From: Allobaculum fili
Lineage (GTDB): Bacteria; Bacillota_I; Bacilli_A; Erysipelotrichales; Erysipelotrichaceae
Assembly (NCBI RefSeq): GCF_020969955.1
Contig: NZ_JAHDSX010000013.1
Location: 21,056-53,055 of the forward strand
DNA length: 32,000 nucleotides
Direction of reading: 5' to 3'
The notes under the pieces were generated by a model. The model was not told where the DNA came from. It made no database searches and was given only the letters and a program-made list of their open reading frames with translations. This document shows positions 1 to 9,189 of the stretch, piece after piece. The position numbers were made by a program, and so were the translations under genes. Numbering within the stretch: position 1 is the stretch's first letter; every line of letters starts with the position of its first letter.

Positions 1-671
1 AGTTCCCGACGGGCGACACGGAACTCGACTACATCCGCAGCGCGGACGTCGAAGTGTCCGCCGACGGCACCACCTGGACGAAAGTGGGCGAACTCGACGG
101 CACCGCCCGTGACGTGACGGTATCCTTTGCGGCGCAGTCCGCCAAAGCCATTCGTCTGAAAATGACGCAGTCTGTGAAGTACTGGACGAAAATCTGCGAA
201 GTCGACTTCACCATCGCGGCACCCGAATCCGGTACCGCGCTGATCGAAAAACTTGCCGAAGGCAGCGTGTTTGATCCTTCGCTTTATACGTACGAATCGT
301 TCTGTCCGTTAATCGAAGCCCTGAATGCCGGTCAGCAGGCGCTGACGTCCCGTCAGTCTTCCGTGCAGGAGGAAATCGACGCCATTCAGGACGCGATTGA
401 CAATCTCGTCCCCAAAGGCAGCGTAGTGCTGAATCGCACGCTGCTCAAAACCGCACTCGATAAAGCCGAACGTCTTCAGAGCGACGCCAGCTTCCCGACC
501 GCACAGACCAATGAACTGAAAACACGTGTTCTCGCGGCTAGAGGCGTCTATGAAAGTGCCGAGACGCAAGATGCAGTCGATGATGCGGCCAAAGCGCTCA
601 ATGCGTACATTCTGACGCTGCGCAAAACACCCGATGCGAACGGGCTCGAAGGGCTGAAACCCGCCAGGTAA
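1..671 (+). CDS. C-terminal part of a secreted or surface carbohydrate-binding protein (discoidin/F5-8 type C-like domain followed by FIVAR-like helical modules); the 5' end lies outside the window
   Basis: Frame 3 is open from the window edge. FPTGDTELDYIRSADVEVSADGTTWTKVGELDG...AIRLKMTQSVKYWTKICEVDF resembles the last strands of a discoidin/CBM32-type fold. The following segments (LYTYESFCPLIEALNAGQQAL..IDAIQDAIDNL; ETQDAVDDAAKALNAYILTLRK) resemble FIVAR-type repeats. The ORF-track start at 54 is an internal GTG. Confidence 0.55.
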   Translation, partial: FPTGDTELDYIRSADVEVSADGTTWTKVGELDGTARDVTVSFAAQSAKAIRLKMTQSVKYWTKICEVDFTIAAPESGTALIEKLAEGSVFDPSLYTYESFCPLIEALNAGQQALTSRQSSVQEEIDAIQDAIDNLVPKGSVVLNRTLLKTALDKAERLQSDASFPTAQTNELKTRVLAARGVYESAETQDAVDDAAKALNAYILTLRKTPDANGLEGLKPAR

Positions 672-740
672 GCATTCGGTCGTTCAGATACAAAGTCTGA
701 AACGAAAGCGCAAACCAGAACAATATCCAGCAGCAGAAAA

Positions 741-790
741 AGGACTGTCCGATCCAAATCTCAGTAAGGAGATCTGGAAGGGGCAGTCCT
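741..790. terminator. Bidirectional hairpin terminator between convergent genes
   Basis: AGGACTGTCC (741-750) pairs with GGGCAGTCCT (781-790) with one mismatch, and further pairing occurs inside the loop. An A-run precedes it and T-rich sequence follows. It sits between the + strand gene ending at 671 and the - strand gene ending at 849. Confidence 0.55.
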
Positions 791-848
791 TTCTTCGTCT
801 GTATGTTTGTCCAGAAATATCGTTTGTCTATCAATATTCGATATGCGG

Positions 849-1601
849 TTACTTGTTCGAGCCGCCAAACTGGAAGACGTACATGAGAATGCTTCCCGCA
901 ATCGCCGCGTTGAGCGATTCAAAGGTTTTCATCTCGATGTGTACGCATTTCGTGCAGGCGTGTAAAATGTCCGGACGAATGCCCTGGCCTTCGTTGCCGA
1001 TAATCAGCGCGTACTGGTCAGGAATGGCGAGTTCATGCAGTTCGACGGAATCCTGATGCAGAGCGGCGCCAAATACAGAAATATGCCGGCTTTTCAGATC
1101 TTCAATCGCTTCGGCCAGATTGCAGGTTACGACGGGCAGATGGAAAATCGCGCCCTGACTGGACTGGAGCGTTTTTGGACCGAACGGATCTGTGCAGTCG
1201 GTCGAGCAGAGAATTTCTTCGATGCCAAAGGAAAGGGCGGAGCGAATGAGCGTGCCCATGTTGCCCGGATCCTGAATCTGATCGAGAAGAAGTACTTTTG
1301 TCGCGTGGCTGAACGTCGCATACGCCGGCTTCTTGCATAAGCCGATGTAGCGCGCATCGCTTTTCTGCGCGGACATTTTGTTTAAAACCGGCTGACTGCA
1401 GAAAATGGTTTCGATGCCGGGCAGCGTTTCGAGATTTTCGAGCTGATAGACTTTCAAAAGCAGGCCGGCCTGCGCCGCTTCCTGGATCATATGAAAGCCT
1501 TCGACTAAAAACTGGCCGCTCGCGTCGCGATCCTTTTTATTTTTGAGACGGACCATCGCCTTGACGGATGCATTTTGTAACGATTCAATTTTCATGTTCA
1601 T
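849..1601 (-). CDS. TrmH/SpoU-family RNA 2'-O-methyltransferase (YsgA/RlmB-like)
   Basis: The N-terminal substrate-binding region (LKNKKDRDASGQFLVEGFHMIQEA) is followed by SpoU motifs (DQIQDPGNMGTLIRSALSFG; IIGNEGQGI; LNAAIAGSILMY). It is divergent from pheS as ysgA is in B. subtilis. The GAGGAA Shine-Dalgarno spacing favours the third codon (ATG at 1595) as the true start. Confidence 0.85.
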   Translation of the reverse strand: MNMKIESLQNASVKAMVRLKNKKDRDASGQFLVEGFHMIQEAAQAGLLLKVYQLENLETLPGIETIFCSQPVLNKMSAQKSDARYIGLCKKPAYATFSHATKVLLLDQIQDPGNMGTLIRSALSFGIEEILCSTDCTDPFGPKTLQSSQGAIFHLPVVTCNLAEAIEDLKSRHISVFGAALHQDSVELHELAIPDQYALIIGNEGQGIRPDILHACTKCVHIEMKTFESLNAAIAGSILMYVFQFGGSNK

Positions 1602-1635
1602 TTCCTCAGAAGGACCGGCGGCTTCTGTCGAAGAT

Positions 1636-1667
1636 TTCGAGAATTCCGAGAATAAGGAATTCTCGAA
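1636..1667. repeat. Perfect 12-bp inverted repeat (TTCGAGAATTCC-N8-GGAATTCTCGAA) in the 5' region of the TrmH-family gene
   Basis: Read directly: arms at 1636-1647 and 1656-1667 with an 8-nt loop, about 35 nt upstream of the minus-strand start codon. No U-run follows on either strand, so it is not a canonical terminator. Confidence 0.8.
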
Positions 1668-1986
1668 AAAAGTACCACCCGGATCCAGATCGATTTCCCA
1701 GAAAGGGAGCGTTCAGATTCAGCCTATCAGAAACCGGCGATCAAGCAAAAAGAGGGCCTTGAAAACTGATATGGACTGAGCGATCGCTGCGAAATTTGCG
1801 GATCGAAAACCGTCCGCACGCCTGCCGGGATGAAAAGACAGAATGGCCGAAAAGAAAGCGGAAAAAGAACGTTCCCGTCTCTTTTGTCTTTCCCGCCTGT
1901 ACCTTTCCCGTTTTGTCCGCGCTTTGAAAAATACGAAGATTTACGGAAAATGCTTCAAAAGACAGAGACCGTTTTTCAACGCAAAG

Positions 1987-2014
1987 TTGCACGCGTTGAC
2001 ATCTCTGCTACAAT
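1987..2014 (+). promoter_or_regulatory. Candidate sigma-A promoter of the pheST leader
   Basis: TTGCAC (1987-1992), 16-nt spacer, TACAAT (2009-2014). This places the transcription start just upstream of the T-box Stem I. Confidence 0.5.
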
Positions 2015-2020
2015 TGTGTT

Positions 2021-2242
2021 CAGGCAAAGAGGGAAACGTGGCAGATCCGGCACGGCATGCAGAGAGCTTCTCACTCCGGTGAAAGAGAAGCAGTCCGAGC
2101 CCCTGTGAATTCATTCCTGAGCTGGAGCGTAATGTCTCCCCGTTTCATACGGATATCATGATTTGAGTGTGTCTGTATACGGACGAAGCGAAATGGTACC
2201 GCGGCGAAAGCCGTTTTCGCGTTCGTCCGTTTTTTTATTTTC
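2021..2242 (+). promoter_or_regulatory. T-box riboswitch leader with Phe specifier, plus intrinsic terminator
   Basis: AGAGAG bulge and distal-loop CCGGTGAAAG lie at about 2058-2085. The specifier-like GAATTCA has UUC at 2110-2112 followed by A. The conserved T-box sequence AAATGGTACCGCGG is at 2191-2204. The terminator helix ACGGACGAAGCG.../...CGCGTTCGTCCGT spans 2179-2230 and is followed by TTTTTTTATTTT. The position upstream of pheS is as expected for Firmicutes. Confidence 0.8.
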
Positions 2243-2348
2243 TGGAAACGGACGGATCCTTTCCGGGTTTCCGTTCCATCTTTGCGAACATACATTTCGC
2301 TGCAAGCTATCCTGCCGGTTTTCGCGCCGGCTTGAGAAAGGAGAAATC

Positions 2349-3380
2349 ATGCAGAATTTTGATGAATTGAAAAACCAGATTGCACAGGATTTCGCCAGTG
2401 CGCAGGATCTTGAAGCGCTCAGCGCGCTGCGTATTGAATACCTGGGCAAAAAAGGTCAGATTGCTTCCTTAATGAAGCAGATGAAAAGCGTACCGAAAGA
2501 GGAAAAGCCGGCATTTGGTCAGGCGGTCAACGACCTGAAAACCGAAGCCAGCGCGCTTTTTGAAGAAAAGAAACAGGCTCTGGAGCAGAAGGCGCTGGAA
2601 GCCCGTCTCGCTTCGGAAAAAATCGACCTGACGCTGCCGGGACGCAAACCGGCGTACGCCAACCTCAACCCGCTTCACCTCGTTCTTCAGGAACTCGAAG
2701 ACCTCTTTATCGGTCTTGGCTATCAGGTTATTGAAGGCGACGAACTCGTAGAAGACCTGTACTGCTTCGAGCGCGCCAACATTCCTAAGGATCACCCGGC
2801 ACGTGCCATGCAGGATTCCCTGTACATCGATCCGGAACATCTGCTGCGCACCCATACGACCGCGATCCAGATGAAAGTTCTCGAAGAGCAGGCGCCAAAC
2901 CCGATTAAAGTCGTCTGCCCGGGCAAGGTGTACCGCCGCGATGACGACGATGCGACCCATTCCCACCAGTTCATGCAGATTGAAGGTCTGGTCATCGGCG
3001 AGCACGTACCGCTGTCCGATCTGAAGGGCACGCTGGAATTCGTTGCCCGCAAGATGTTCGGTCAGAACCGGGAAATCCGCTTCCGCCCGTCCTACTTCCC
3101 GTTTACCGAACCGAGCGTAGAAGTCGACGTATCCTGCCACATGTGCGGCGGCAAGGGCTGCCCGACGTGCAAGGGTACCGGCTGGATTGAAATTCTCGGT
3201 GCCGGCGAAGTTCACCCGAAAGTACTCGAAATGGCCGGCTACGACAGCACAAAAATGAACGGATTCGCGTTTGGCATCGGCATTGAGCGTATTGCCATGC
3301 TTAAATACGGCATCGACGATATCCGTCATTTCTATACCAACGATCAGCGGTTCAATAAGAACTTCGATCGTTTTGACTAA
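2349..3380 (+). CDS. pheS: Phenylalanine--tRNA ligase alpha subunit
   Basis: The translation MQNFDELKNQIAQDFASAQDLEALSALRIEYLGKKGQI... contains class II motifs (FRPSYFPFTEPS, GFAFGIGIERIAM). AAGGAG lies upstream of the ATG at 2349. The longer ORF-track start at 2163 lies inside the T-box leader. Confidence 0.97.
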   Translation: MQNFDELKNQIAQDFASAQDLEALSALRIEYLGKKGQIASLMKQMKSVPKEEKPAFGQAVNDLKTEASALFEEKKQALEQKALEARLASEKIDLTLPGRKPAYANLNPLHLVLQELEDLFIGLGYQVIEGDELVEDLYCFERANIPKDHPARAMQDSLYIDPEHLLRTHTTAIQMKVLEEQAPNPIKVVCPGKVYRRDDDDATHSHQFMQIEGLVIGEHVPLSDLKGTLEFVARKMFGQNREIRFRPSYFPFTEPSVEVDVSCHMCGGKGCPTCKGTGWIEILGAGEVHPKVLEMAGYDSTKMNGFAFGIGIERIAMLKYGIDDIRHFYTNDQRFNKNFDRFD

Positions 3381-3392
3381 GGAGGGACGACT

Positions 3393-5804
3393 ATGAAACT
3401 CTCAAGAAAATGGCTTGAACAGTATATGGATCTTGGCGATCTGACGATGGAGCAGATTGCCGACACGATTACAGCGGCCGGCTTTGAAGTCGAAGACATT
3501 ATCGAACTCTCCAATGCCACGGGTCTTGTGATTGGTGAAGTGCTCACCTGCAAGGATCATCCGGATTCCGATCATCTGCACGTGACGACCGTCAATACGG
3601 GCGATGAAGTCCGTCCGATCGTCTGCGGCGCGCCAAACGTCGCAGCGGGACAGAAAGTCATCGTCGCGCTCCCAGGCGCGAAACTGCCCGGCGGCGAAAT
3701 CAAGTCCGGCACGATTCGCGGCGAAGTGTCCGACGGCATGATCTGCTCGCTTGCGGAACTTGGCGTCGACAAGCACCTGCTCAGTCAGGAACAGCTCGAG
3801 GGCATCGAAGTGCTTCCGGCGGATGCGCCCGTAGGCAATACGGATCCGCTTTCGTATCTGGGTCTGGACGATACAATTCTCGATATTTCCCTGACGCCAA
3901 ACCGCGCGGACTGCCAGGCAATCTGGAGCATGGCCAGCGAAACCGGCGCCATCCTCAATAAAAAAGCTGCCCTTCCAGACTGCGAAGGCGCGGCCGATGC
4001 CGGAAACGATCATCCGACAAAACTCGTAATCCGTTCCGAAACCGAAAAGTGCCCGCACTTTTACGGCAAGATCATCGGCTCGGTAACGATTAAGGAATCG
4101 CCGCGCTGGATGCGCGATCTGCTTCGTGCAGCCGGCATGCATTCGATCAACAACGTGGTCGATATTTCCAACATCGTCATGCTCGAAACCGGTCAGCCGA
4201 TGCACTTCTACGACCTGGCGGCCATTTCTGCGCAGGAAATTACCGTCAAGCAGGGCCTGAACTGCGACTACACCGCGCTCGATGGCGAAACGTACAAGCT
4301 GGAAGAAGACGATCTGGTCATCACCAGCCAGGACAAGCCGATCGGCATCGCCGGCGTGATGGGCGGCGACGACTCCAAAATTGAAGACAATACGACCGGC
4401 CTGATCATCGAATGTGCTTCGTTTGACCGTGTCTGCATCCGCAACACTGCCAGACGTCTCTCGCTAAGCACCGAAGCGTCTCTGCGCTATCAGAAAGGTA
4501 TCGAACCGCTAGCAGCCAAAAAGGCCCTCGATCGTGCGGTGGAACTGCTGATCGAATACGCCGATGCGAAAGACATTGAAGCGACCGTGGAATACGGATC
4601 CGCCGATTTTGAAGAAAAAACGATTGCCTGCACCCTTGAACAGATCAACAACCGTCTGGGCACCGACTTCTCGAAAGAAGAAGTGCTCGATGTTTTCGAA
4701 CGTCTGAACCTGGAACCCAGCGTTGAAGATACGACGTTCACCGTTCGCGTTCCGAGCACCCGTCTCGATCTCGAAGGGCTCGCGGATCTGAGTGAAGAAG
4801 TCATCCGCATGCTTGGCTACGACCGTCTGCCGTCCACGCTGCCGATGATGGCCATGACCGAAGGCAAGCTCAACCCGAAACAGCGTCAGCGCCGCTTCGT
4901 CAATAAAGTGCTCCTTGAAAACGGCGTACAGGATGCGATTACGTACACCCTGATTTCTACCGCCAAAAAGGACAACGCGATTCTTTCCGCCGGCGAAGCC
5001 ATTGAACTCGCGCAGCCGATGTCGGAAGAACGCCGCTACATCCGTACGTCCATCCTGCCGTCTCTGCTCGATGCGGCCGCATGGAACAAGGCGCATGGAA
5101 ACACGGACATCAATCTGTACGAAATTTCCGAACTGACGTCTTCCAAAGGCGTAGAAGAACATCTGGCCATTGTACTTGGCGGACCGCTGACGATGACCCG
5201 CTGGCTCAAGGACGTTGTTCCGGCCGACTTCTATACCCTCAAGGGTCTGATTGAAGAAATCCTGGTTCGTCTGGGCATTTCCGAAAACCGCATTTTCTTC
5301 AAGGAAAACAAAAAGGATACCGTTCATTTCCATCCCGGACGTTCGGCCGAAATTTACATCGGCAAGGATCTCATCGGTCTGATGGGTGAAATCCATCCAA
5401 CGTACGGGGCAGAAACCGGCGTGAAAAAAGCGATCATCGCCGAGATCAATCTCGATAAGATTCTGAACACCAAGAAGAGCAAAGTGAAATTCGTACCGAC
5501 ATCCCGCTATCCGTCCGTTACCCGCGACCTGGCGTTCGTCGTCAAACGCGATCTGCCTGCCAGCAAGATCGTCGACGTCATCCGCCGCTGCGGCAAGCTC
5601 GGCAAGGAGTCGATTGTTCGCGATGTCGATGTCTTTGACGTGTACGAAGGCGAACATGTAGGCGCCGATGAAAAGTCGATCGCGCTGACTATGACCTTCC
5701 AGTCCGAACACCAGACGCTCACCGATGAGCAGATCACGGAAGTGTTCAACACGATCATCGAAGCCATCCAGACCCAGTGCAAAGCCGTTCTGCGCTCCGC
5801 GTAA
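3393..5804 (+). CDS. pheT: Phenylalanine--tRNA ligase beta subunit
   Basis: 803 aa. It has an N-terminal tRNA-binding domain (GLVIGEVLTCKDHPDSDHLHVTTVN), B3/4 and B5 regions and a C-terminal FDX-ACB-like end. AAGGAGGG is the RBS, and the gene starts 12 nt after pheS. Confidence 0.97.
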   Translation: MKLSRKWLEQYMDLGDLTMEQIADTITAAGFEVEDIIELSNATGLVIGEVLTCKDHPDSDHLHVTTVNTGDEVRPIVCGAPNVAAGQKVIVALPGAKLPGGEIKSGTIRGEVSDGMICSLAELGVDKHLLSQEQLEGIEVLPADAPVGNTDPLSYLGLDDTILDISLTPNRADCQAIWSMASETGAILNKKAALPDCEGAADAGNDHPTKLVIRSETEKCPHFYGKIIGSVTIKESPRWMRDLLRAAGMHSINNVVDISNIVMLETGQPMHFYDLAAISAQEITVKQGLNCDYTALDGETYKLEEDDLVITSQDKPIGIAGVMGGDDSKIEDNTTGLIIECASFDRVCIRNTARRLSLSTEASLRYQKGIEPLAAKKALDRAVELLIEYADAKDIEATVEYGSADFEEKTIACTLEQINNRLGTDFSKEEVLDVFERLNLEPSVEDTTFTVRVPSTRLDLEGLADLSEEVIRMLGYDRLPSTLPMMAMTEGKLNPKQRQRRFVNKVLLENGVQDAITYTLISTAKKDNAILSAGEAIELAQPMSEERRYIRTSILPSLLDAAAWNKAHGNTDINLYEISELTSSKGVEEHLAIVLGGPLTMTRWLKDVVPADFYTLKGLIEEILVRLGISENRIFFKENKKDTVHFHPGRSAEIYIGKDLIGLMGEIHPTYGAETGVKKAIIAEINLDKILNTKKSKVKFVPTSRYPSVTRDLAFVVKRDLPASKIVDVIRRCGKLGKESIVRDVDVFDVYEGEHVGADEKSIALTMTFQSEHQTLTDEQITEVFNTIIEAIQTQCKAVLRSA

Positions 5805-5874
5805 AAACGGTTTAATCTGGAGTTTGGCGGAATCCAATTCCGCCGAAAAAGATAATTTCTGCAGCAATACACAG

Positions 5875-5932
5875 ACAGCCTGCCCGGCTGCCTCAGAAAA
5901 ACTTCTGAAGCAGTCCGGACAGGCTGTTTTTT
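5875..5932 (+). terminator. Intrinsic terminator of pheST
   Basis: A long, nearly perfect hairpin: ACAGCCTGCCCGGCTGCCTCAGAA-AAAC-TTCTGAAGCAGTCCGGACAGGCTGT, followed by TTTTTT. Confidence 0.8.
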
Positions 5933-6082
5933 ATGTGAAAGGAAGGGGAGAACCGACGCGAAAAAACAAAGGCGCGAATCGTATCCGTCCGAAAAGATCG
6001 ACCGATCAAATGACCAAAATCCAGACGACAAAAAATGCGGGGCTGAAGATAAAGAAAAGCGACAGACCAGAGAAAGACGGTT

Positions 6083-6565
6083 TTAAAAGGAAGGAATGAC
6101 GTCTTTTACGAAGTCCAGCGTTTCCTGCAAAACCTGACTGAACAGAGTCTGAATCTGCTTCAGATCGTCCATAGACCAGTCGGCGAAATGGGATTCGTCG
6201 AGCGCGTCCAGATCGAGAACGGCACGGAAGGCGTGATCGACAAATAAGGGAAGCACAAGTTCCGAGCGCGTATCGCCATCGCAGGCAATGTGGCCGGAAA
6301 ATTCGTGGACGTTATTGACCACGGTGATTTTTCGGGTATCGACGCAATGACCGATGACGCCATGGTGTGGAGCAATCCGCTCGCAGGCCGGCTTGCCCTG
6401 AAAGGAACCCAGATCCGCCGTACCGTCATGCATGATCCAGTACAGGCCGGACCAGTTGATGTTTTCATCGCTCCAGTAAATGGCGGCGATCATGTTGTTC
6501 AGGCGGCTTAACGGAGCCGTGTCGCCTTCGAAAACGGTTTGAAGCTGCTGCAGAAGAAGTTTCAT
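6083..6565 (-). CDS. GAF domain protein, free methionine-(R)-sulfoxide reductase-like (YtsP/YebR family)
   Basis: WSGLYWIM...GSFQGKPACERIAPHHGVIGHC...VHEFSGHIACDGDTRSELVLPLF matches the fRMsr-type GAF pattern with its three conserved Cys. The start is chosen at the internal ATG (6565), which is preceded by a GAGAGG RBS. Confidence 0.75.
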   Translation of the reverse strand: MKLLLQQLQTVFEGDTAPLSRLNNMIAAIYWSDENINWSGLYWIMHDGTADLGSFQGKPACERIAPHHGVIGHCVDTRKITVVNNVHEFSGHIACDGDTRSELVLPLFVDHAFRAVLDLDALDESHFADWSMDDLKQIQTLFSQVLQETLDFVKDVIPSF

Positions 6566-6921
6566 AATGACCTCTCGATCCCGAAAAGAATCAGGATAAA
6601 TTGGGATAAGTATACACAAAGAAAGCTAAATCCATAGAAAGAAGATTGAATTCCGCATGCAAGAAGCATTCGAATGGCCGGTTTCGGGAAGAATCTTCTA
6701 TCTTCTTTCCCTGACCTGTAAACGAAGCGGGACTGCCGGATTTCTAAACGTATTCCATACAGACCTTGCTGAATACAGAACGCCGGACTGGACCGTTTAT
6801 AAAGCCGGTGTTCGTTGCTTTTTGCCTTTCTTGCGCGCAAACTGAGAAATCGACATCAGAAATATGCAAAATACGGGAGTCAAAACCGGTAGAAAATCGA
6901 AATTTCTGATTCACTAGGAGT

Positions 6922-7824
6922 ATGAAAGACAGAACAAATACAAAGCCGTCGATTGCCGGCGCAGACAAAAAAAACGGAAAGAATATCGACCTGAGTAAAG
7001 ATTCGATATCCGGAAAGGATAACGTTTGCGCAGCCGATCGTTCCTTTGGCTTAAAAACATCCCGGTCCCGTCCCTGGGAAAAGAGTCTGATCGAATGGTT
7101 CTGGTTCCTTTTTATTCTGCTTGGAATTTGGACGGCAGCTGCTCTTGTCATGGACAATGCGCTCGTCTGTCCGACCCCCTGGGCGTGTCTGGAACAGATG
7201 GTGCTGCAGGTGCAGAAGCCCACTTTTTTACTGAGCGCTTTGTCGACGATCGGCCGGGCGATGGAATCGCTCGTTCTGTCCTTTGCGTTAGGTCTTGCGG
7301 CTTCGTTTCTGGGCGCGTTCTGGAAACCGGCCGGCAGTTTTCTCGGAAAGCTGGTTTCGCTCTTTCAGACGGTGCCTAACGTGTGCTACATCATCCTGCT
7401 TCTGTTCTGGACCAGCCGGGAGCAGACGGTTATTCTGACCGGCTTTTTCCTGCTCTTTCCGCTGGTGTATCGCGAGTTTTATGAACAGCTCGAATCGCTC
7501 AAGAAGCGCTACGCCGAAGTATGGAAAATTTATCCGCAGCCGGCGTGGGTACGGATGTTTGTGATCTGTCTGCCGATGATGAAGCCGGCTTTTCTGAGCG
7601 CCCTCAAAAGTGCCTCGTCGCTCGCCTTCAAAGTGTGCGTGACGAGTGAAATTCTGACGGGCCTGCAGCCGGGCATTGGCAAGAGTCTGCAGATGGCGCG
7701 CCTCGATCTCAATCCGGCCGGCGTAGTCGGCTGGAGCATCTGGCTGATTCTGATCGTCTTCTGCTTTGAAAAGCTGTGGAACTGGATCGCGGACCGTCTG
7801 TTTGGCGACGGATCCGTCCGCTAG
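6922..7824 (+). CDS. ABC transporter permease (binding-protein-dependent, NitT/TauT-like) with no cognate ATPase or binding protein nearby
   Basis: Multiple TM segments are present, along with an EAA-like loop region (SLAFKVCVTSEILTGLQPGIGKSLQMA). The first approximately 55 aa are hydrophilic, and the AGGAG lies only 1 nt from the ATG, so the start is uncertain. Confidence 0.7.
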   Translation: MKDRTNTKPSIAGADKKNGKNIDLSKDSISGKDNVCAADRSFGLKTSRSRPWEKSLIEWFWFLFILLGIWTAAALVMDNALVCPTPWACLEQMVLQVQKPTFLLSALSTIGRAMESLVLSFALGLAASFLGAFWKPAGSFLGKLVSLFQTVPNVCYIILLLFWTSREQTVILTGFFLLFPLVYREFYEQLESLKKRYAEVWKIYPQPAWVRMFVICLPMMKPAFLSALKSASSLAFKVCVTSEILTGLQPGIGKSLQMARLDLNPAGVVGWSIWLILIVFCFEKLWNWIADRLFGDGSVR

Positions 7825-8083
7825 AAAACGTAAGAGAAAAAGAAAACAGGCACGTTTTTTGAACCGCCGGCAGCCCGTGGAAAATAAACGTTTGTGCAAT
7901 ACGAACGCTAAATAACGAATACTGAAAGAAAAGATTGAAAGATTGACAGAGAAAACCGCACGCAGAAAAAGGGAAAAAGTCAGCCGTTCGGCTTTGCGTT
8001 TCCGCCCCAGAAAGAGACATCTGAGGACAGCATGGATACTGGCCGGAGAGCGTGCGTGAAGAAAAGAAAAAAAAGGAGAGTTT

Positions 8084-9163
8084 ATGACCCGACCCTGTGT
8101 GTCTATTCTTGTCCCCGTATACAACGCCGAAAAATACCTGAAGCGATGCCTGGACAGTCTGCTTGAACAGACGATGCCGGATCTGGAAGTCGTTCTGATC
8201 AACGATGGCAGTACGGATTCCTCGAAAGAAATCTGTGAAGACTATGCGGAAAAAGACGCGCGCGTTCACGTGTATTCCTTTGAAAACGCCGGCGTCTCCA
8301 AAACGAGAAACCGTGCCTTAAAACGCGCAAACGGCGAGTACGTCATGTTTGTGGACAGCGATGATTTTGTCGACAAAAAGATGCTCGAGACGATGGTCAA
8401 AGAGGCGAAAAAGCGCAATCTGGACGTGCTGCAGTGCGGGTTTGTCATGGACTTTGGTCCCGTGCCGTTTTATCGCAACCCGTCGGGGCGCAAGGATTTT
8501 ACGACGCTTGAAGCGGTGCATCATCTCGTGCGGGAGAAGTATCTGAACAACTACCCGTGGGGCAAGCTGTATAAGCGCGAGTGCTTCGATCACGTGCACT
8601 TTCCCGAACACCTGCCGGGGTTTGAAGATACGTGCACGATTTTCAAGGCGATTGTCGCCGCAAAAAAGATCGGTACGATTCCCAACCGCTTTTACCATTA
8701 CTGGACGCACAGCGGATCGCTCACCAACTGTATGGATCTGAGCACCGTCTATCTCATGCGCTACGCCTACAAGTACCAGGAAAAGACGCTGCGCGAATAC
8801 TTCCCGAACGAAGTGTTCAACTTTGATCCGCTTTACTACAACACGGACATGGTGATCATTTATACCCTGATTCTCTTTTGTCATCGACAGGACGATCCGA
8901 AATTCATCCGCTATCTGTTTCAGTGGAAAAACGTGCCGTTTTTCCCGCTCTACTTTCTGGCCTACTACGCCTGGCTTGGTATCGCCTGGATCAAGCTGGG
9001 AAGCAAAATCTTTGAAGCCCCGACATCAGAAAAACAGGCGTACTATCAGGATCCGTTTGCGGACTATGACTTTTCTGCGCCGCTTCAAAGCGAAGAAAGC
9101 CTCCGGGCAGAAGAAGAGGAAACCGTTTCCGGCAGAGAGGCGCTCGATTCACCTTTATCGTGA
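8084..9163 (+). CDS. Family 2 glycosyltransferase
   Basis: The N-terminus is a canonical GT2 sequence: ILVPVYNAEKYLKRCLDSLLEQTMPDLEVVLINDGSTDSS...ENAGVSKTRNRALKRANGEYVMFVDSDDFV. A hydrophobic C-terminal region follows. AAGGAGAG is the RBS. Confidence 0.85.
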   Translation: MTRPCVSILVPVYNAEKYLKRCLDSLLEQTMPDLEVVLINDGSTDSSKEICEDYAEKDARVHVYSFENAGVSKTRNRALKRANGEYVMFVDSDDFVDKKMLETMVKEAKKRNLDVLQCGFVMDFGPVPFYRNPSGRKDFTTLEAVHHLVREKYLNNYPWGKLYKRECFDHVHFPEHLPGFEDTCTIFKAIVAAKKIGTIPNRFYHYWTHSGSLTNCMDLSTVYLMRYAYKYQEKTLREYFPNEVFNFDPLYYNTDMVIIYTLILFCHRQDDPKFIRYLFQWKNVPFFPLYFLAYYAWLGIAWIKLGSKIFEAPTSEKQAYYQDPFADYDFSAPLQSEESLRAEEEETVSGREALDSPLS

Positions 9164-9189
9164 CGTAAGTATGCGGATCTTGCTACAAT
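9161..9189 (+). promoter_or_regulatory. Candidate extended -10 promoter for ffh
   Basis: TGACGT (9161-9166), 17-nt spacer, TGcTACAAT (-10 at 9184-9189). It implies a leader of about 235 nt. Confidence 0.4.

Noticed and set aside
1543-2108. Several 64-92-aa ORFs on both strands lie between the TrmH gene and pheS.
   Set aside because: Their translations are Arg/Lys/Ser-rich, they overlap one another and the T-box leader, and they have no RBS.
4509-5867. A 452-aa ORF antisense to pheT. Comparable long antisense ORFs occur at 2469-3329, 3402-4205, 9689-10963, 12310-13005, 20559-21947 and 26539-27564.
   Set aside because: Each lies entirely opposite a confidently identified housekeeping gene. 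Their translations are low-complexity and Arg/Phe/Gly-rich with no recognisable motifs or RBS. They are shadow frames created by the codon bias of the sense genes.
6744-7223. A 159-aa minus-strand ORF overlapping the permease start.
   Set aside because: It is antisense to the permease N-terminus and has no motifs or RBS.
7288-8269. Minus-strand ORFs of 304 aa and 186 aa span the permease 3' half and the permease-GT2 spacer.
   Set aside because: They are antisense to the ABC permease, Arg/Ser/Phe-rich and low in complexity, and have no RBS. They also overlap the GT2 start region.
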